A DNA stretch of 64,000 bases, taken from NCBI GenBank assembly GCA_001771365.1, contig METP01000033.1:11325-75324 (forward strand), written 5' to 3'. The DNA is from a candidate division WOR-1 bacterium RIFCSPLOWO2_02_FULL_46_20 (lineage in GTDB: Bacteria > Margulisbacteria > WOR-1 > O2-12-FULL-45-9). Below the pieces are notes generated by a model that had not been told where the DNA came from, made no database searches, and saw nothing but the letters and a program-made list of their open reading frames with translations. This document shows, in pieces, positions 20,381 to 27,688 of this stretch; positions within the stretch are counted from its first letter, which is position 1, and every line of letters begins with the position of its first letter. Both the position numbers and the translations under genes were made by a program.

Positions 20381-21946
20381 TTAGCAAATAGTTAATTGAG
20401 TTTCTTTGCCAGACCATTTTAAGTCGATTGATTTCAAAAGATGATTAGCCCTAACATTGCCCAGCTCTTTTGGTTCTATTTTATGCAAGCCCCCACCATA
20501 AGTTCTGCATTCACTTTTTAGCTCTCTATGAACCAGCTTATTAAGTTCGTTAAATATGATTTCTTGTTTTTTCAAATCATCAACAATATATTTATTTAGC
20601 TGCTCTTTAGGGTAAAGCATTAAATATGTATTTGTTGCAATTGCCTTGCTTTTATTCCAAACAAATCGAAATGCCTCTTTATTAGCGGAACTCCTCCCCA
20701 TATAAGTGCATAAATATAGTGCTGGTTGTCGTTTTTCTTGTTTATACCATGGATGCCTTCTACTCGGCATATATTTATTATTTATATTTTTGGCTTCTCC
20801 GCTAATTAAATAATTGTAAAGCCCAGGACAATCTATTTTAATCGCATCCAGTGATTCATTGGTATTAATTATAAATAAGCGTTGTTTTAGAATAGGGTAT
20901 CCAGAATGATCGCCATTAACTATTTCACATTTTAAATAGCGAGGGCTGGGCAATAGTGGCGTGAGATAGGTAGGCCTAATGTTCAAGGAGGAAACCACAT
21001 CCTCTGTTAAAATGAAGTAATCATTATCTCCTGTTGCTATTCCCCGCCTTATGTCAAATATGTCTGACAATAGGATATCATTGTCCTTGCGCACAATGAA
21101 ACTAATATTATTAGAGAAGTGTGACCATTTTCTGGTTGGGCTCAGCTGATCCAAAGAAATTGTTTGAGTTTTATGGGGCACCATTAATGATCCACCGGAT
21201 GTAAACATAACTGATGTGTCTTTGTCAGGCTTTTTGTTCTGAAAAACAATAATGCAAGAAGACACAAGCGCATCTGCAAACTGTAGATCTTCCGGGTTAA
21301 ATCGATGAATGCGGATAAGCTTTACATTTTCAGTTAAATATTTCTTGAGCATTATGCCATAGTTGATATCCATAAAATCAGATGGCACCAACCATATGCT
21401 TATGCCATCAATATCAAGCCATTGATGGGCGCAATAAATAAAATAACAATATAAACTGGTCAATCCACTAACATTAAATCCCGTTATGCTCCTAATTATT
21501 TCTTTTAATTTATGCTTATGAGTTATATCTAAATGATGATGCCTAGAGTAAGGGGGATTTGTTATTAATAAATTATATCGTTCATTTTGTTTCGGCTGGG
21601 CTAATGTAAAATCTTGCAGTTTAACATCTAATCCATATCTACTCCAATTAGAAATAGCAATACCCGCATAACCCTTATCTATTTCAAAACCCTTTGCAGT
21701 ATTTATCTTCTTCACACCAAACGTCTTTAGTATTGCTGAAAAAAATGAGCCAGAGCCAATTGCCGGCTCAAGAAAATTAACTTTATTGCCATTTATTAGG
21801 CTGGAAGCATATATAGCGATCTCTTTTGCTAGAGACGGGGGGGTAGCATATTGGCCAAGGATATTTCGTTCTTTTAATGTTTTAAAAGAATCAATATCAT
21901 CTTGTTTTGTTAATCGGTCATTTTCGAGAAGTTCTATGGAGTTCAT
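20381..21946 (-). CDS. Type II N6-adenine DNA methyltransferase (gamma class, Eco57I/TaqI-like)
   Basis: GQYATP, LEPAIGSGSF (motif I) precedes ITNPPY (motif IV); RGIATGDN; YGGGLHKIEPKEL. Confidence 0.92.
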   Translation of the reverse strand: MNSIELLENDRLTKQDDIDSFKTLKERNILGQYATPPSLAKEIAIYASSLINGNKVNFLEPAIGSGSFFSAILKTFGVKKINTAKGFEIDKGYAGIAISNWSRYGLDVKLQDFTLAQPKQNERYNLLITNPPYSRHHHLDITHKHKLKEIIRSITGFNVSGLTSLYCYFIYCAHQWLDIDGISIWLVPSDFMDINYGIMLKKYLTENVKLIRIHRFNPEDLQFADALVSSCIIVFQNKKPDKDTSVMFTSGGSLMVPHKTQTISLDQLSPTRKWSHFSNNISFIVRKDNDILLSDIFDIRRGIATGDNDYFILTEDVVSSLNIRPTYLTPLLPSPRYLKCEIVNGDHSGYPILKQRLFIINTNESLDAIKIDCPGLYNYLISGEAKNINNKYMPSRRHPWYKQEKRQPALYLCTYMGRSSANKEAFRFVWNKSKAIATNTYLMLYPKEQLNKYIVDDLKKQEIIFNELNKLVHRELKSECRTYGGGLHKIEPKELGNVRANHLLKSIDLKWSGKETQLTIC

Positions 21947-21947
21947 T

Positions 21948-22898
21948 TTATAACCCCAATTTAATCATATCGTCAATTCGATGCTCCCAGATCCAATCAA
22001 TTCCTTCAGCAGCTTCATATCCAAGATAACCGCTATCAAAGTACCCACACAGGAAAAGCATAAAATTAATCTTTGCCCCATAAGTATCTTTGAGTTGCCT
22101 TATTTTTGTGGCCTCCTCTTTTCGTCTTTTATTTGTATTTGTAAAATCGCCCGCAGATTTGGCCTCAATTAATATGGGGTATTGATTTGCCCCGGCCTTA
22201 TTAGGCATAATTACTACGTCAATTGGTATATTTACTTTGTGTTTATTTCCAACAGAAATATTTAATCTAAAGGTGAAAGTGCCTTTTTTCATGTTCTGCC
22301 AATCAGTAATTTCGGAGGGGGATAAATATTTATAGCCTAGTTTTTCCAAGTATTTTAAAATATTCATCAATTGACGTTGTTCTTGAGCATTCCGTATAAT
22401 CGGGTCCGCTACTGCTCCACACAATCTATCTGCGATAATTGTTGATGCTCTTTCGCACTCATGAGCATCCGGGGTTCGATCTTCTTCTAGCCAAGGAATA
22501 ATATCACTATCAATCAATTTACATATTATCGAGCATATTCTATTCAAGTATTCATCGAGGACTTTCCCCTTCATTTGAGGTGGCAATTTCCCCTCCTCCA
22601 TACTGAGTATAAGATGCTTAGCGATAGAAGTTAATCCTACTAAACGATCTCTTGCGATTGGGGGACAGGTTGACATGCGTAATGTTTGAATAATGGACGG
22701 GTGTTTTTTAAGAATAGCTGGGGTGAGCTTCTGCAGATTGCTTGTTAATTTAAATGTTTCCAGGACTGTATTTGATGTATCTTTCCTGGTTATCCTAAAT
22801 GTTTTAGGGGCAAATTTTATAAACCACTTATTATAATAATCTACCGATTCAGCAATGTCTTTTTTCCATAAGGCAGGTTTATTTGCGTTGATTGCCAT
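21948..22898 (-). CDS. XamI-family type II restriction endonuclease
   Basis: MAINANKP..WK.D, PPIARDRL, IEAKSAGDFTNTNKRRKEEA, GYLGYEAAEGIDWIWEHR. Confidence 0.88.
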   Translation of the reverse strand: MAINANKPALWKKDIAESVDYYNKWFIKFAPKTFRITRKDTSNTVLETFKLTSNLQKLTPAILKKHPSIIQTLRMSTCPPIARDRLVGLTSIAKHLILSMEEGKLPPQMKGKVLDEYLNRICSIICKLIDSDIIPWLEEDRTPDAHECERASTIIADRLCGAVADPIIRNAQEQRQLMNILKYLEKLGYKYLSPSEITDWQNMKKGTFTFRLNISVGNKHKVNIPIDVVIMPNKAGANQYPILIEAKSAGDFTNTNKRRKEEATKIRQLKDTYGAKINFMLFLCGYFDSGYLGYEAAEGIDWIWEHRIDDMIKLGL

Positions 22899-23075
22899 GA
22901 TAATGGGGTTATTATACCATATACCAAAAGAAGAATAACAATGGCATATCAACCCACAAAAACACACTAGTGCCAGAATGTTTTTATTACAGTTTATCCT
23001 CAGAAGGATTCTCAAGAAGCGGTTTTTTCGACGTATGGGGGAGAAAAACCGCTTCTTCGACAAACCTACATTCTG

Positions 23076-23169
23076 TGCAAGTCTTTTTTCTTGCATCCAT
23101 GAATGGTGTTGGGTATAATCAATGAGATAGCCCGGCATTGAATGGTTTGAGAACCAGAGGGTCGAGGCA
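23076..23169 (+). repeat. Cassette right end, copy 1 (about 85% identical to 30135-30228; last 31 bp identical)
   Basis: ...TTGCAT-17-TATAAT...GCCCGGC..TGAATGGTTTGAGAACCAGAGGGTCGAGGCA. Confidence 0.9.
23091..23119 (+). promoter_or_regulatory. Outward-facing sigma70-type promoter in the cassette right end (second copy at 30150-30178)
   Basis: TTGCAT-N17-TATAAT and TTGCAC-N17-TATAAT. Confidence 0.65.
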
Positions 23170-23261
23170 TTTGAATTTTACCGCAAACCATTCCGTGCCG
23201 CGCTGGCCCTTCTGATTATACTCAACCCTCCCCAGCGGGCGCGTACCTTCAGCCCCCACTC
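23166..23261 (+). repeat. Cassette left end, copy 2
   Basis: Identical to 19063-19158. Confidence 0.93.
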
Positions 23262-23558
23262 GCATAAATGGCGCCCGCTGACAAGTAAATCGACACGATT
23301 TATTTTTTTGCCCTTGACACTGCTGAATTCTCTGCCATATAATTCCACTTAGTGGTAAGGGGGAATTCGCTAAGATGGATCATCTATCTGTCTAAAAACC
23401 AGTCCCTCCACTTTTTAATAAGGTGCGGCCCGGATTTCTCTTCTTGACAGAGGCAAACTAAAATAGCATAATTTGTTTGTAAATGCTTCAAAGAGGGGAA
23501 CGGCGGAGTCAATCAGCCCATTTTGTGTCAGTATCGCAGATTTTCCGGGACGGTATAA

Positions 23559-24074
23559 ATGGTTAAAGACAAGATAGATCAAATACTTGAAAAGATCGAT
23601 TCGTTAGAAACCGGTCAGAAGTCATTAGTAGCCGGTCAGAAGTCATTAGAAACCGGTCAGAAGTCATTAGTAGCCGGTCAGAAGTCATTAGTAGCCGGTC
23701 AGAAGTCATTAGAAACCGGTCAGAAGTCATTGGAAACCGGTCAGAAGTCATTGGAAACCGGTCAGAAGTCATTAGTGGCCGGTCAGAAGTCATTAGAAAC
23801 CGGTCAGAAGTCATTAGTAGCCGGTCAGAATAAAAATTATGGTTTGATTCAAAAACAAGGCATCATGCTGGAACAGGTCGCTTCTGATGTAAAAGCAGTG
23901 GCGGAAGGACATGCGGCAATAAGGAATGAAATGCAAAGAGGATTTGAAGAAGTTAAAGAACAAATAAAATTCGTGGATGATAAATTGGGATTTGTAGCTA
24001 ATCAGCTTGGCGAAAAAATCGATCGCGTTGAGCAGAAACTGGACGAGCACGTCAAACTGCCAGCACATGTTTAG
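23559..24074 (+). CDS. Coiled-coil protein with heptad tandem repeats
   Basis: (LETGQKS/LVAGQKS) x about 11, followed by a coiled coil. Confidence 0.75.
   Translation: MVKDKIDQILEKIDSLETGQKSLVAGQKSLETGQKSLVAGQKSLVAGQKSLETGQKSLETGQKSLETGQKSLVAGQKSLETGQKSLVAGQNKNYGLIQKQGIMLEQVASDVKAVAEGHAAIRNEMQRGFEEVKEQIKFVDDKLGFVANQLGEKIDRVEQKLDEHVKLPAHV
23604..23830 (+). repeat. 21-bp coding tandem repeat, about 11 copies in two variants
   Basis: TTAGAAACCGGTCAGAAGTCA / TTAGTAGCCGGTCAGAAGTCA. Confidence 0.95.
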
Positions 24075-24143
24075 GATAATTTTACCCCCCCATTCTAATC
24101 GCGGATTCTTCCTTAATCCTGCCAGTATTTTTGAGGCCTTACT

Positions 24144-24617
24144 GTGAAAAAAAGAATAAGGCCAAAGACCATGCCTGCAAATATTAAACCAAAATCTTTT
24201 CCCATCGTCGGTATCGGTGGTTCGGCTGGAGGGCTGGGGGCATTCGAGGCACTGCTTAAAAATATCTCGGCTAAACCGGGAATGGCGCTAGTCTTTATTA
24301 TGCATTTAACCCCGGGCCATAAAAATCTCCTGCCGGAACTGCTGACCAGGGTGACGAAAATGCCGGTCAGTGAAATACAAAGCGGCCTGATCCCCGAGAT
24401 CAACCATGTTTATGTCAAACCGCCCAACACCGACCTGGCTATCGACGGCAGGAAATTTTTACTTAGCACCAGGGAAAACGCCAGTATCAGACATCTGCCC
24501 ATAGATTATTTTTTCCGTTCCTTGGCGGCAGAGTGCGGCAATAGAGGTATCGGAGTTATTCTGTCCGGCACCGCCACCGACGGGACACTGGGAGCCGGGA
24601 CGATCAAGTCCGCCTGA
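24144..24617 (+). pseudogene. Truncated CheB methylesterase domain (fragment of a CheB/CheR-type fusion)
   Basis: IVGIGGSAGGL, HL.P.H, PIDYFFRSLA, GVILSGTATDGTLG, then a stop before the domain ends. Confidence 0.75.
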
Positions 24618-24656
24618 CTTCCGCACCCGCCTGAATAACTAAAGCGGTAATAAATA

Positions 24657-25886
24657 TTAACCTTGAATAATATCTTCGTTCGGATGATCCAGGGCGATCA
24701 GCAAAGCTAAATAATTCCTGAGCTTCCGGGTGATCAGGAATTTCTCCCGGACATGTTCCCGCCCATATTCTCCCATTTTTTTTGCCGCCTGGGGATTATT
24801 GATCAGATAACGGATTTGATAAGCGGTCCCCTCAATTGAATGGACAAGCAAGCCGGTGAAATTATGGATAATCTGCAAGGTGATCCCGCCGACCGCCGAT
24901 GCCACGACCGGCTTGGCTTTCCACAGCGCTTCGGTAACCGTCAGCCCGAATCCTTCCCGCAACGATTTCTGCACTATAACAGTTGACGCTCTTTGCAGGG
25001 CGTTAATCTCCAAATCCGCGTATGGCGGCAGCAGTAGAATGTGTATGTCAGGATCATTTTTAGCCGCTTCCTGCACCTGGTTCAGCACCTGCCCCCCTTC
25101 CGGATCATCGGTCGCTCCCCCGCCAGCCAGTACCAACTGGCAATCATTATGTCTCTTTACCAATTTGTAAGCTTCGATCACCCCGAGAGGGTCTTTAAGA
25201 TAATCAAACCGGGAAATTTGCGTGATGATCGGCCGCGACCGGTCAAGCTTATACTTGCGCGCGACCGTCTCAATCTCGGCAGCGGAAAGATCGCGGTTTT
25301 TTTCGGCTAACGGATCAATGGCCGGGTAGATAAAGTATTTTGGCGCGGCTAGCTTCCTGGCAAACCAGGGAGTGGAAAAGACCGAGGCGTCATATTTTTC
25401 AATATAGCCCTTGAGAAAATCCCAGACATCCGCTTGGGGATGGGAGGTGTCAATGTGGCACCGCCAGACCCATTTGGCTTTTGATCTCTCCTTGGCGGCA
25501 ATAAGACCCGCCGGCTGGGGGTCATGGACAATGACCACGTCCTCATCGAAGGACATTTCGGCAAGATTAGCTGCCGTCGTTTCCTGGAAAACCTTGAACA
25601 TTTCCGTGGAGATATCCGATTTAATCCCGTGCAGGGCGTTATGGAAAGTTTTGGTCACGCCAAAGAACGGTCCGCTCCCCTTGATCACGTCCCATTTGGT
25701 TTTAATGCCGAGCTCATTATAGAGCGGCACGACACGGGTCAGTATCTCCGCCACGCCGCCCCCCACCGCGGTTGAATTGACCATCCTGACGCGTTTACCG
25801 GCGGCTTTTTCCGCCAGCAGCATCAGTTCGTCAAAATTCTGCGGTCGGATGAAGCGAGAATATTCCGCTATCTTATTTTGAGCCAT
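24657..25886 (-). CDS. treT: Trehalose synthase TreT-like GT4 glycosyltransferase
   Basis: VNSTAVGGGVAEIL, HDPQP, WRCHID, SRFD..KDPLGV, REGFGLTVTEALWK. Confidence 0.88.
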   Translation of the reverse strand: MAQNKIAEYSRFIRPQNFDELMLLAEKAAGKRVRMVNSTAVGGGVAEILTRVVPLYNELGIKTKWDVIKGSGPFFGVTKTFHNALHGIKSDISTEMFKVFQETTAANLAEMSFDEDVVIVHDPQPAGLIAAKERSKAKWVWRCHIDTSHPQADVWDFLKGYIEKYDASVFSTPWFARKLAAPKYFIYPAIDPLAEKNRDLSAAEIETVARKYKLDRSRPIITQISRFDYLKDPLGVIEAYKLVKRHNDCQLVLAGGGATDDPEGGQVLNQVQEAAKNDPDIHILLLPPYADLEINALQRASTVIVQKSLREGFGLTVTEALWKAKPVVASAVGGITLQIIHNFTGLLVHSIEGTAYQIRYLINNPQAAKKMGEYGREHVREKFLITRKLRNYLALLIALDHPNEDIIQG

Positions 25887-26557
25887 TTAAATATCCTGCC
25901 GATCAAGCCATCTCTTTTCTTACGGACCAGAGCAATAATCCGGTCGCGGAGCTGGTCCATAGTGTAAATATAAGGGTCCAAAGCTTCGATCTTCTTTGCC
26001 AGAATTTCATCGCCGTAATTATCCTTGATCCAGTTTGAAAAGTCGTTGCTCCGTTTTGCCAGCCGCAGGCGCGCTTCAAAAAAGTGGAAAAAGAGGGAGC
26101 GCAGGCCGACTTTTTTCAACGCGGCGCAAAACTCATCATAATCCCAGGCCTCATACCTGGTCTTTAAAACGATACCGATCGCCCGGCAGAAATAAAAACC
26201 GCGCTTGGCCGGGACCGTCCCGCCAGCGGGATTCTGGTTTAAATAGCCGTCCAGTATCTCAACGATCTTGTCCCGTAGCGCCCCGAGTTCTGTATAGTCC
26301 TTGATATTAATATTGGCCAGACGCTCCGCCAGGACATGCTCGCCAATCTCTTCTTCCACCCAGTGGGCAAAATCGTTTGTGTAAACCCCGGGCGCGAACT
26401 GGTGTTCGCGGAAAGCGTGGTGGACGTGGTAAAAGATCGATGACTCATCTATCCCCTTCAATATTTCCCTGAATTCTTTGAGATCGCCAGCCTTCTGGCT
26501 GGTGATCTCCACCAGTTGGGAAGAGGTATAAAACTCAAAAGCTGTTTTGGCAGTCAT
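25868..26557 (-). CDS. TreT-associated DUF5752-like protein with internal duplication
   Basis: Two repeats of F.F...S(I/L)F(Y/F)H...NDF..W; adjacent to treT. Confidence 0.7.
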   Translation of the reverse strand: MTAKTAFEFYTSSQLVEITSQKAGDLKEFREILKGIDESSIFYHVHHAFREHQFAPGVYTNDFAHWVEEEIGEHVLAERLANINIKDYTELGALRDKIVEILDGYLNQNPAGGTVPAKRGFYFCRAIGIVLKTRYEAWDYDEFCAALKKVGLRSLFFHFFEARLRLAKRSNDFSNWIKDNYGDEILAKKIEALDPYIYTMDQLRDRIIALVRKKRDGLIGRIFKWLKIR

Positions 26558-26576
26558 TATATAATAATAAAAATAG

Positions 26577-26960
26577 TTATTCCTTGACCTTTGTTTTCAG
26601 TCTCTCAACTTCCTGCTTGAGTTCTTTAATTTGTTTGATCAAAAAGGGAATGTTCGGCTTATCGGTTTTATCTTGTGGAAAAGTTCCCGCGACGATCTCT
26701 TCAAAATTGGTGAACCGGTCCTGGTCAGAATCGATATCAGCGATCTTCGCAAAGTTATGTCCCGCGTTTTTGAAATCAAGGGCAAATGGGCCTTGCTCTT
26801 TCATTTTGCCTTTGACAGGATGGCAGGTGGAGCAGGCAGCTAGTTTTGTCCCTGCGGCATCCGGATAATTCTTTTTGAAGGATTCAAGATATTTAGGCGT
26901 AGCAAAAAGAGCGGAACTTGAAAAAATAGAAATCAGACTCACTAATAAAAGAAAACGCAT
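26577..26960 (-). CDS. Small exported c-type cytochrome-like protein
   Basis: Signal peptide, CSTCH heme-binding motif, DSDQDRFTNFEEI acidic loop. Confidence 0.65.
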   Translation of the reverse strand: MRFLLLVSLISIFSSSALFATPKYLESFKKNYPDAAGTKLAACSTCHPVKGKMKEQGPFALDFKNAGHNFAKIADIDSDQDRFTNFEEIVAGTFPQDKTDKPNIPFLIKQIKELKQEVERLKTKVKE

Positions 26961-26971
26961 AACTCCCCCCT

Positions 26972-27688
26972 TTATTTATCAACTAAACATAAAAGAAAAC
27001 GGTAAACTGCCGCGACATTAGCCAAATGGCCGTCAACCAGGCTACCTCCGCCGAACCCCACCTTAATAGAAAAACCCACCCCCTTTAACGCCCTAAAGGC
27101 GTCTTCATCAGTCTTATCGTCGCCGATATAAACAGGAGCATATTTTTGCAGCTTCAGGTTTTTAATAAGCCAGCGTACCGCCTTCCCTTTATCCCAATCA
27201 GCCGGCGGGCGGACATCAAATATTTTTTTGCCGGTCGTTATCTTAATGGCACGCCGCCACGGTTTAAGCGCCAGCTTAAAATCCCTTTTGAAAGCATGGA
27301 TAGCTGACATGGCAAGTGAGCGATAATGGACGCTAAGGGTCAAGCCTTTATCTTCAATCAATAAGCCCCGGTAATGGAGTTTGTTCTTAAGTTCGGCTTT
27401 GATCTTTTTTAGCAGCGGAAGTGTTTTTTTTGCGGCCGGATGCACCCAATGCTTCCCGCTGGCCAATATCTCAAACCCGTGGTTGCCAACATAAATAATA
27501 TTACGGATACCAGCCAGTCTTTTGACAACCGATAACTTACGGCCGGAGATGATCGCCAATTTAATTTCGGGATGGCGGGCTAACCGTTTGAGCAGTTTTT
27601 TTCTGGGCGCGGACAGGACTGCCCGTTGCGGATTTTCGACGATAGGCGTCAGCGTTCCGTCATAATCGAGCATCAGGAATAACTTCAT
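26972..27688 (-). CDS. otsB: Trehalose-6-phosphate phosphatase
   Basis: LDYDGTL, ISGR, GNHG, WDKG, GDDKTDEDAF; ATGA overlap with otsA. Confidence 0.93.
   Translation of the reverse strand: MKLFLMLDYDGTLTPIVENPQRAVLSAPRKKLLKRLARHPEIKLAIISGRKLSVVKRLAGIRNIIYVGNHGFEILASGKHWVHPAAKKTLPLLKKIKAELKNKLHYRGLLIEDKGLTLSVHYRSLAMSAIHAFKRDFKLALKPWRRAIKITTGKKIFDVRPPADWDKGKAVRWLIKNLKLQKYAPVYIGDDKTDEDAFRALKGVGFSIKVGFGGGSLVDGHLANVAAVYRFLLCLVDK

Larger units (their letters stand above)
19063..23169. mobile_element. Cargo cassette 1 integrated at the tRNA-Leu(CAG) 3' end (protease + R-M); no recombinase
   Basis: Starts with the conserved left-end repeat, ends with the conserved right-end repeat, GGCA at both junctions, AT-rich cargo. 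Confidence 0.75.

Noticed and set aside
22899..23138. 80-aa N-terminal extension of the restriction enzyme
   Set aside because: Family-like sequence starts at MAINANKP (22898); the extension covers promoter and repeat DNA.
23604..23830. CRISPR array
   Set aside because: Period is 21 bp with only two alternating variants, in frame in a protein; no unique spacers or cas genes.
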